From Phoronis australis (Eukaryota; Animalia; Phoronida), in assembly GCA_002633005.1 (NCBI GenBank), contig NMRA01000002.1, positions 1,146,851-1,210,850 of the forward strand: a stretch of 64,000 nt of DNA, written 5' to 3'. Both the position numbers and the translations under genes were made by a program. The notes below the pieces were generated by a model. It did not search any database and was not told where the DNA came from. It saw only the letters and a list, made by a program, of their open reading frames with translations. Below, piece after piece: positions 54,801-64,000 of this stretch (positions within the stretch are counted from its first letter, which is position 1; each line of letters begins with the position of its first letter).

Positions 54801-56231
54801 AGCACTTTTATGGTTAATAAAGTCTTCTGAAGGCAAAGGTCTGTATGAATTTAAAGTGATTCTAACTTTGAGGGGAATTTTTTTATCTTACAAGTGGAAT
54901 TTGTAGGCCTGGTGATTATTAAATATTTTGTAAAGGGAAATGAGGTCGATATTGGGCCTCAAAATCACGGCATCGATGGCTTTGGAATGATAAATCCTTT
55001 AGATGTCAATCAACAGGTAGAAAAGTAACTAATAATAAAGACTTTTCATAAATCTTTCTAAAATGTCTATTTATGAAACAAAAGGGATATAAGCACATCG
55101 TTACATCTTTGCATATTCCTATGCCCACTACTAAAATACACTAAACATATAATCTTTTGATGTTTTCAAAAAAACAACTACGAAAAAGTAAAAACATGCA
55201 TGAAATTAATGGTGATCACCACTTGCTGCAAACACACCATGCATGTATTGTGAGGCAGACAGTTGAGATGCTTCAAGGGTATGCAGCAATAGTCACTTTT
55301 CGAGATCCCTGGTTTTGAGCATCAGTAAATTACTAAATATGACATATGTTAATATTCAAAGAGGATGAAACTGGTTCTCGTATTCAGGAATCATATGTGA
55401 CTAATATACCAGATATGCTTCAGTACAAAAAGACTGCAAAATTAACATGGCACAGCTGACTGTCACAAAGTGAATTCAACGCATTTACAAGCAAACTGCA
55501 TTAAAAAAGTATAACTCTAGTATAACCTAAATTTCCAAGATATGCTAAAACTATTGACCTCGAATACTGGCATAGGACATATGTCAACATTAAAATGGCC
55601 GCCATATTTGTTTACAAAAAGCATTGTGTGTCAAACTGCTACCGAGAGTAATCGTTCATAACAAAGACGAATCAAGTCTCCAGAAAAAAAATTAAGTGAT
55701 ATGCTTTAAAATGGCAAACATTATATATCCAAGAATGTGAACATGTACAGAGAAATTCCAGTAACAGAGGAATCTGAAAATGACTATACATTCAATGGGA
55801 CTTTCCCACCAAAATTTGAAAATGGCGTATTTGACAGATGCGATTACACTTCCACTACTTACTCATCTCCGTCCGGACAAAGACCAGAATTTTCGTCGTA
55901 TTTAGAGCAGTAGACATCTGGGCTATAGCTAAAAGTTCCGTCTCGTTTCCTAATTGGCCTCCGTCGGCGTTGATTCATAAAATGCCAATTGAAACAGGTG
56001 TATGGCCGATGTTGGGTGCACTTGTGTTGCAAAAATAGTGGGCATTGTTGCGTCCTGAACTCTTTTAAATATCTGCAAAGGAACAGCACCAATAAGTTCG
56101 AATATTGTTTCGGTAAACCTCAACACTACTGGAAAATATAAAACCTGTGTCTTGGCGCGTTTCGCAAAGACTTACGTGTAATGCTGGGGCTTTTCTGTTT
56201 GTAAGGGAAGCACCGTACTTTCCGACGGCAT
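31058..56231 (-). CDS. unk: Unkempt: six CCCH zinc fingers, Ser-rich linker, coiled coil, C-terminal RING; about 793 aa
   Basis: Exons (minus): 56231-56176, 56072-55863, 54164-53854, 52044-51909, 45400-45283, 43453-43369, 42901-42798, 37652-37458, 37082-36869, 36461-36333, 36076-35916, 33850-33623, 33173-33078, 32230-32069, 31234-31058; 2382 nt, phases consistent. Motifs EKPQHYTYLKEFRT, ERRYHLRYYKTG, APGSERED, DTVESV, ACEAWK, CLLCQE..PCNHCVLCDNC..CPYC. Alternative in-frame ATG at 56237; an extra exon hidden in the N gap cannot be excluded. Confidence 0.95.
34186..35156 (-). mobile_element. Complete copy of the same HINE-like family
   Basis: Same termini (AACAAGAGCAACGCGGAGCATTGAAATGTGCCCAC ... 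GTGGGCACATAA) and the same internal subunits as 40810-42182. Confidence 0.75.
37988..38770. mobile_element. PIF/Harbinger MITE, same TIR family, 783 bp, opposite orientation
   Basis: GGGCTGTTCCAGTAAAATC ... GATTTTGCTGGAACAGCCC; TTA duplication at 37985-37987 and 38771-38773. Confidence 0.85.
39860..40809 (-). mobile_element. Older HINE-like copy abutting the young copy
   Basis: Degenerate subunits (TTGCTAATAGGGGGCAC, TTGCCCCTAGGGG, GGAGATACAGC). Confidence 0.5.
40810..42182 (-). mobile_element. Helentron-associated non-autonomous element (HINE/DINE-1-like), young copy spanning an N gap
   Basis: Minus-strand 5' end TTATGCGCCCACA with nearby inverted repeat (42151-42180), (GTCC)n microsatellite at about 42100-42135, internal ~150-bp tandem subunits (453-bp higher-order period), 3' subTIR 40835-40845 plus hairpin CAACGC-GGA-GCGTTG (40818-40832) and CTCTTGTT end. 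May be two elements joined across the gap. Confidence 0.7.
41119..41232. other. Assembly gap (N run)
   Basis: 114 N; further Ns at 11314 and 52408-52410. Confidence 1.
42185..42630 (-). mobile_element. HINE-like fragment with 5' terminus
   Basis: GCCACTAGGTGGTGC at about 42343; GGACAGAGATGACGG followed by a terminal inverted pair at 42596-42630, as in the other copies. Confidence 0.55.
43444..43588. repeat. 47-bp tandem triplication spanning the acceptor of unkempt exon 6
   Basis: ACTTGTAAATCTGTARTGAGAAGTTAGACTGTCAACTCCATTAGTAA at 43444, 43491 and 43538. Confidence 0.95.
45762..45813. repeat. (ACACGC)n(AC)n microsatellite within a small HINE-like fragment (about 45555-45822)
   Basis: Direct reading; flanked by family motifs (TTTTATGAAAATCC, GGAGAGACAGC, CATAATGCGTC). 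Confidence 0.85.
48640..48760. repeat. Degenerate ~31-bp tandem repeat
   Basis: GTCATA..CCACAAGACCAGAAGTCACAA-like unit, about 4 copies. Confidence 0.7.
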
Positions 56232-59200
56232 CTTCATGTCAATATTGTGTGATACGCGCATCTCTTCTGCGCACGATTTCCTTTAACAAGAGATTGGCTG
56301 AAATAGTCACATGACTGAGTTTCCTCCATGAAGCTTGTAAACAACAAAGGCAAGGTCATTCTTCCAAGAAAATACAAGTCGAAAAACATGCAATGGCGGA
56401 ACAAATTACACATACATTTCTCACTCCAATAGGCCAATGAAATGATCAAATCATTTTCAAGAATTTTTCAGAGGAAAATTCAGGTTATCACCGGCAAGCC
56501 GAGGCAAGTGGTTGCTTGTTCCTCACTGCTTGAAGATTATAAAGTAGCCGAATTAGCGGCTAGGCCTAATTTCGTAACACCGTACCTCAGAAATGGATGA
56601 CTAATATGAATTTTTCACATATTACGCTTTATGCATTGTTCTCCAAAAAAGAGTATTAGCAGTTTATTTTAAAATGGTCCACTTTTTAGGGGATTATCAA
56701 AGTAGGGCTCCAATGATTTTCATGAAAAATATAATACGAAAGCGAAATGCGTGGAGTTTTGGAGATTTCATCGTGTCTTGCTTTCAATGTTTTAATTGCT
56801 ATCATTGTACCTTGCTTTTTTGCTAAATTTTACCACTAAAAACAGATGGTCACGTGACACAATTAACCACAGATTGATAAAAAAATCAAATGAATCAAAT
56901 TCAATGCAGGCTTTCTACTTTTACTAAATTAAAATCTACAGTTTTGTAGATATTTCAATAGATACCCAGACTCTCGATAAGACCTTACATTGCATTCATT
57001 TTGACGATGAGTGTAAGTAACGTTTCTCGGTTTCTGAGTCAAACGCATTCTAGGAGCAAATGCTCAAAGCTTCCGTTTCACGATTTTACCGTGACTTTTT
57101 TATTTTTGGTCGGTTAAGCACACGACAATCTTTTAAATATATTTTGCAAACTGCAAAGTACAACATCGACAAAATCCGATATAACTTGCATTCGATTTTT
57201 TGACACTACTGATGTAATTCTTACATAAACTCATTTTCATTGGATTTCCCTTAATGCACAACTTATTGATTACATCCAGCAAATATGTAGAAATCGGCGA
57301 CATCGTCCTGACCGACCAACGTAATAATATGCGTCAAGCTTCATCTTTTATACGCAATAAAACTTTACCATGTTGTGCTTGATACTTGTGCAAAAAGTAC
57401 TCTTGGCGTCATAAAATACGTGACATGTATTGGTGACTTAAATTGAGGACTAGCGTAAAACGTATGGGACAGATAAAATACATGCGTGAGTCCTAAACAC
57501 AACCCTGCCTTCCCATGCACTCGCCAGTTTAAAACACAGAATTCTGAATTCTATCAATCGAAAAAAGATATAACTTTAATAAGAACTTCGTACATTACAG
57601 TCATCTGCGTATAATTAAAGAATAAAAATGACTTTCAGTCTCGGTCACATTACTGACATTTTTTTAAACTTGGGCACTTTTGGCTCCCTGTCACAAATTA
57701 TTTCGGTCTTTTCCCCCTTTCCGGATACTTTCCCGTCCCACGGACATATTTCTTTCTCGCGGACCGACCAGCTCTGAAGAAATTTCTATCAACACTTTTG
57801 TCTAAAAGAAGAAAGTCCCTACTCAGAACAGAGAGTACTTCTAAATCATACTCTTAATTAATGTTACGTGTCTAGCACAAAAAATCATAACAAGCATATT
57901 TCTAGTACCGGCTACGGTTTAGGACCCCCTACAAAGGAGTGCTGTCTTGTAGCCGTAGAGCCCCAATATGGCGACCGAGGGGTGCCGGGTGTGAAATTCA
58001 GAAAATAGCAACGACAGGAGATCGAACACTGTAGCGACAGTGGATTGAAAAATAGAAGAGGGGTAGCTCGAGAATTGTCGTCACTGCGAAAGGGGTAACT
58101 TTCGATAATGGTTAAGACCAGGGCATCTCATTTTTGTCCTTGTAGGAAGTTTATTGAATATAATAGAGAGATTTCGCAAAACGACGTGTTAACGTGAATT
58201 GTCAGGCATTCACAACATATTGCCATACATGCCAGTGTCGGCTGTGACGTAATCACGTGTGTTTGAGTATTTTACGCGAATAGGCCCACGCCTTATTCAC
58301 AGTCGCCATTTTAACGATGAGCCTCTTTTTAGGTTATAAAAACAATGCATTGTGCGCTTAATCACAACGCAAAGCGTGATTTTTTCGCGTGCTTCGTTAT
58401 ATTTATGTCTCAAATGCATTATTTTTTAAACCTAAAAAGAGTCTCACTACTAAAATGACGAAACCTGTGGACCCTTTTTAATTTTTATTTGGTAAGGCAT
58501 GAGACGATTTTTATTTTGATAGGGTTCTTAATCTTTCTTATTTGCTTCAGTATAAAATGTACACGATTCTTTTGTTTATAAGTGTTCTCAAAGTTTAGTA
58601 GCAAGAAAGCACTTTTTCCAAAATCATCATTCTGCAGGGGTTCGCAGGATATCATAGAACTAGAATAGATTTTTAACAGATATGATTTTGTGTTGTTAAT
58701 TTTTTACATACTGAATTTACATGCATCTATTTATTTTAAACTGCAAAAAAAAATTTCGCATTCTAATAGTTGACCATTTTTCGCAGGAGTTCGTAGAAAC
58801 GATTTTTTTCACATTCAACATATATTCCTATGTAGCGGATAAATACTACAATAACTGGACACCCTGAGCTCAATTATTCAGATCACGTTCAGGGGCGGAT
58901 CCAGGATTTTGAGTTAATGGGGGCCAGGGCAGAGCATTAGCCAGGATTTTGCACCCGAACTGCCAATAGAATCCGGCTGGAAGAATTTTAAATGGGACCG
59001 TTTACTTTCAGGTTCGCTTAAAACATTAGCTCTTGCGAAACCCATTTTTGTTACTGTAACCTGAATAGTCACGTGCAATTCAAAAGTATGCGCCGTAGTT
59101 CACGTTCACGTAGCTTTGCAAAGCCTCTCCGATAATTTACAATACAAAAATAGTAAAACGCATGCGTAGACACACGCACGACCCACGCACGCATACAGAC

Positions 59201-60989
59201 ATCTCAGCCACACAAATGTTTGAAAAGATTATTTAATAATCTACACGGAGCCCACTTTCTAACAAATAATTTGTAAATTACTTTTAAGTAAGTCAGGTTC
59301 GTGATATTCGATTTTTTTGTGTAGCTGCCAAGAAGGGGTAATGGAGTTTAATCGCGTCTCATATCGTATTTACAAAACATAAGAACAAACTAATATTTTC
59401 TGCCTTATGTTTGCCAAACAATACCCGTGTAGGTTAGGTTCAATGGGTTTACTAGTTCTCGATAAGTCAAGTTGTTTACATTTACCAATAAGTTTGAACC
59501 ATCGCACAAGACCAAGAATATAAGTGAACAAGATTTTCCACCTTATGCTTCGAATTCTACACAACTGCGAACTTAAATTTGGTACACGAATTTTTAGTAA
59601 AAACTAGGCCTGTGACTAAACCTTACTTGAATCCCTTCACTTTTGTATCTTTAGTAAAAATTAACTTTCAAGATATTACGATTTTGTTATCATTCTCCTG
59701 ACTGTACACTATTTAACCGATTTCACCCTTTAAATAATATATTTTGCTTTTAATAAGATGACATGACGAAACTAGTAGCCAACAGTTTTGTTTCGGTCAT
59801 TATAGTTGACAGCAGTCCAAGCAAAATCAGGGCGATGAGGAAGGCTAACTTGTAATTCGTCCGAGTCAAAGCTGAAATGGAAGGAGCAAGACTTTGTGAG
59901 AAGTCAGAGCACGATTCCAAGCTGACTTCCAAAAATCGTATAATTTAACTGAGGCCACCGAGGTGCAGATAAAATTCGTATGAGTTTTATGACACCAACT
60001 TTTCTACTCACAATCGCGCTCAGTAAAAATGTCCACTCATAAAAGATTCACTTGTAAAGTTTGGTTTTCTCCCCCAAAACCTGTCAAAAATAACCCCCGA
60101 TGAAATTAGTTAAATCTCCTGCCGGTAACCATTGTTTTTACGACGAGCCAAGTCATGCAAAATACACAGGTCGACCGTCGCGTATCTCTCATTTTTTCTT
60201 TGTAACGTGTGGCGCTTTGGAGTTTACAGTCCAAGAGCCTCATGAAATGGAGTCGTGAGGCCTTTGAAATTATTAGGCCTGGTTAGGCCTACGTGTCAGT
60301 GTGGTGAGTGTGGGGATCAATGTTCTGACCGAAAACTATAAGTGCTAGTGTTTTGATTACCACACGAGGGCAGCACTATTTGTTAATGTTTATGGACGTT
60401 AGATAGCGCTATTTACTAGAGTTCTGTTTTGTGAGGAAGTGCATGGACATCACATTGGATTAGCGTACAATTTCTTTGGTAAACTGCGTTTTTGCAGAAA
60501 CTAATTGTGGAATTTGCAAATGGTGTGAATTATCGCGATGTTCTCTATATAATCTTTGTCTGTTAGCTGAGGGGGCATGCTGGTTTTCTTTGTGCTTGAA
60601 AATAGATACATGGTCTGCCTAGTTTGCTAAAAGTAATAACAATGTAACCAGCTGAGAGGCTACGTGGTGCCTACGTGCGATATATGGCACGATATAGGGT
60701 AAAGTGAAAACGAGCATTTTAAAATGTGTCGGTTTTTGACGGTGAAATCGACACATTTCGTTTCTCAACTAAAACCCGCAAAAACTTACTGATTAAACTA
60801 CGATCACCTAGTGGATCGTCACTTTCCGGTAGCGGGACAGCGGGCGCGAATTTCTTCCAGTTGGACGGTCCTCCGCCAACCGTAGGCCTAATGGATACGT
60901 GGCCGTAGGGCAGCCGGTCAGGCCTTTCAGTATGTGGACCGCTCCAGATGCCATACTGAGAGATCACATAAAATATATATGCCGGTCGG

Positions 60990-63900
60990 CACTTAGTCCG
61001 CGACATCACGACCGCCAACGCAGGGACAGACCGGACTGCCAGCGCTCCGCCATCGGCACCGCAGACTGGCCGCAAACTGCAGGACTTGACCCCATGGACC
61101 GCCGTGTGGGGAGTTTTCAGAGCAACGTTTCTGAAACCGACACAAATGGCCAATAATTTTCGCCCATTTACGCAGGGGGCTTGCAGCACTCCGGCCTCGG
61201 CACCGGCAGACCCCGCAAGCTGCCGGTCTTGACAATCACGTATACGGCCGGCTGGGGAGTTTTCACAGAGTAACCGGGACACGACTAGGGACTGTATCCC
61301 GGCCTGCCGATAGACCCCGCTGTATGCTCACCTGTGTTATATTTTCAAGGCAACGTTTCTGAAACCGACACAAATGGCCAATAATCGACACATTTTATCG
61401 GAACTTAGAAAATTTTTCAAAGCAACGTTTCTGAAACCGACACAAATGGCCAGTAATCGACACATTTTCTCGGAACTTAAAATTATTTCAACCCAACGTT
61501 TCTGAAACCGACACAAATGGCCAATAATCGACACATTTTCTCGGAACTTAAAATTTTTTCAAACACAACGTTTCTGAAACCGACACAAATGGCCAATAAT
61601 CGATACATTTTCTCGGAACTTAGATAATTTTGCACATTTACGCAGGGGACATACCTGCCTGCAGCGCTCCGGTCTCGGCACCGCAGACTCTGCCAACTGC
61701 CGGACTTGACCCCGTGGACTGCCGTCTGGGGAGTTTTCACATTGAGATACACGGGACAGGACTAGGGACTTCCCGGCTTGCCGATAGACCCCGCTGTATG
61801 TTTACCTTTGTTATATTTTCAAAGCACCTTTGAGAAAGCGACACAAATGGCCAATAATCGACACATTTCGTTGGACTTAGAAAATTTTTCAAAGCAACGT
61901 TTCTGAAACCGACACAAATGGCCTATAATCGACACATTTTCTCGGAACTTAGAAAATTTTGCACATTTACGCAGGGGACAGACCGGCCTGCAGCGCTCCG
62001 GCCTCGGCACCGCAAGTTGCCGGACTTGACAATCCCGTATACCGCCGTCTGGGGAGTTTTCACAGACTACCCGGAACACGACTAGGGACTGTATCCCGGC
62101 CTGCCGATAGACACCGCTGTATGCTTACCTGTGTTATATTTTCAAAGCAACGTTTCTGAAACCGAAACAAATGGTCAATAATCGACACATTTTCTCGGAA
62201 CTTAGAAAATTTTTCAAAGCAACGTTTCTGAAACCGACACAAATGGCCTATAATCGACACATTTTCTCGGAACTTAGAAAATTTTGCACATTTACGCAGG
62301 GGACAGACCGGCCTGCAGCGCTCCGGCCTCGACACCGCAAGTTGCCGGACTTGACAATCCCGTATACCGCCGTCTGGGGAGTTTTCACAGACTACCCGGG
62401 ACACGACTAGGGACTGTATCCCGGCCTGCCGATAGACACCGCTGTATGCTTACCTGTGTTATATTTTCAAAGCAACGTTTCTGAAACCGACACAAATGGT
62501 CAATAATCGACACATTTTATCGGAACTTAGAAAATTTTGCACAAATTAGGCAGGGGACAGATCGGCCTGCAGCGCTCCGGCCTCGGCACCGCAAGTTGCC
62601 GGACTTGACAATCCCGTATACCGCCGTCTGGGGAGTTTTCACAGACTGCCCGGGACACGACTAGGGACTGTATCCCGGCCTGCCGATAGACACCGCTGTA
62701 TGCTTACCTTTGTTAATTTTTCAAAGCACCTTTGAGAAAGCGACACAAATGGCCAATAATCGACACATTTTCTTTGATAGAAAATTTTTCAAAGCAACGT
62801 TTCTGAAACCGACACAAATGGCCTATAATCGACACATTTTATCGGAACTTAGAAAATTTTGCACATTTACGCTGGGGACAGACCGGGCTGCAGCGGGCTC
62901 CGGCCTCGGCACCCCAGACCCCGCAAGCTGCCGGACTGACCCCCCCGTGGACCGCCGTCTGGGGAGTTTTCACAGAGTACCCGGGACACGACTAGGGACT
63001 GTATCCCGGTCTGCCGATAGACCCCGTTGTATGCTCACCTGTGTTATATTTTCAAAGCAACGTTTCTGAAACCGACACAAATGGCCTAAAATTGACACAT
63101 TTTCTCGGAACTTAGAAAATTTTGCACATTTTGGCAGGGGACAGACCGGCCTGCAGCGCTCCGGCCTCGGCACCCCAGACCCCGCAAGCTGCCGGACTGA
63201 CCCCCCCGTGGACCGCCGTTTTTTTTTAACTAATCTCGTTGTACTGCAGCTTTCCCAACTTTGAAAATATAACACAGGTGAGCATACAGCGGGGCTATTG
63301 GCAGGCCGGGATACAGTCCCTAGTTCTGTCCCGGTTAATCTGTGAAAACTCCCAAGCCGGCCATATACGGTATTGTCAAGCCAGGCAGCTTGCGGGGTCT
63401 GCGGTGCCGAGGCCGGAGTGCTGCAAGCCCCCTGCGTAAATGGGCGAAATTTTCTAAGTTCCGAGAAAATGTGTCGATTATTGACCATTTGTGTCGGTTT
63501 CAGAAACGTTGCTTTGAAAATATAACTCAGGTAAGCATACAGCGGTGTCTATCGACAGGCCGGGATACAGTCCCTAGTCGTGTCCCGGGTAGTCTGTGAA
63601 AACTCCCCAGACGGCAGTATACGGGATTGTCAAGTCCGGCAACTTGCGGTGCCGGGGCCGGAGCGCTGCAGGCCGGTCTGTCCCCTGCGTAAATGTGCAA
63701 AATTTTCTAAGTTCCGAGAAAATGTGTCGATTATAGGCCATTTGTGTCGGTTTCAGAAACGTTGCTTTGAAAAATTTTCTAAGTTCCGATAAAATGTGTC
63801 GATTATTGGCCATTTGTGTCGGTTTCAGAAACGTTGCTTTGAAAATATAACACAGGTGAGCATACAGCGGGGTCTATCGGCAGGCCGGGATACAGTCCCT

Positions 63901-64000
63901 AGTCGTGTCCCGGGTAGTCTGTGAAAACTCCCCAGACGGCGGTATACGGGATTGTCAAGTCCGGCAACTTGCGGTGCCGAGGCCGGAGCGCTGCAGGCCG
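60990..64000. repeat. GC-rich hierarchical tandem array (72-bp subrepeats inside 253/325-bp units), with orientation switch at 63220-63259
   Basis: 72-bp unit AGCAACGTTTCTGAAACCGACACAAATGGCC... (61351, 61423); 325-bp period (61959 vs 62284); reverse-complement units from 63260 to the window end. Confidence 0.95.

Noticed and set aside
61340-61630. CRISPR-like regular repeats
   Set aside because: Contiguous 72-bp units without unique spacers, no cas genes, eukaryotic context; the same holds for the 32-bp and 47-bp arrays.
60719-63813. Many 60-187 aa ORFs in the terminal array
   Set aside because: They are translations of tandem repeats on both strands with no protein-family signal.

Overview
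Eukaryotic, AT-rich, intron-containing genomic DNA from an invertebrate animal (probably a bilaterian; taxon not determinable). Left to right: (1) an intronless 995-aa orphan ORF with 110-aa acidic repeats (1553-4540,+); (2) CHID1, 10 coding exons, 390 aa (9327-19130,+); (3) UQCC4/CCSMST1 (C16orf91-like), 2 exons, 137 aa (20052-21843,+); (4) histone H3.3, 136 aa (24670-25430,-); (5) Unkempt CCCH/RING RNA-binding protein, 15 exons, about 793 aa (31058-56231,-); (6) a GC-rich hierarchical tandem-repeat array from about 60990 to the window end that flips orientation at about 63240. Introns carry many non-autonomous DNA elements. Most interesting: UQCC4-H3.3-unkempt joins two separate human gene pairs (H3-3B/UNK; UNKL/UQCC4, from my recall of the human map); a Helentron-type (HINE/DINE-like) family carries CTCF-consensus motifs every ~150 bp; and tandem duplications copy splice sites in unkempt and CHID1, one creating a possible 33-nt poison micro-exon. 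All exon coordinates were derived by hand from GT-AG boundaries and frame continuity; no database searches were run.
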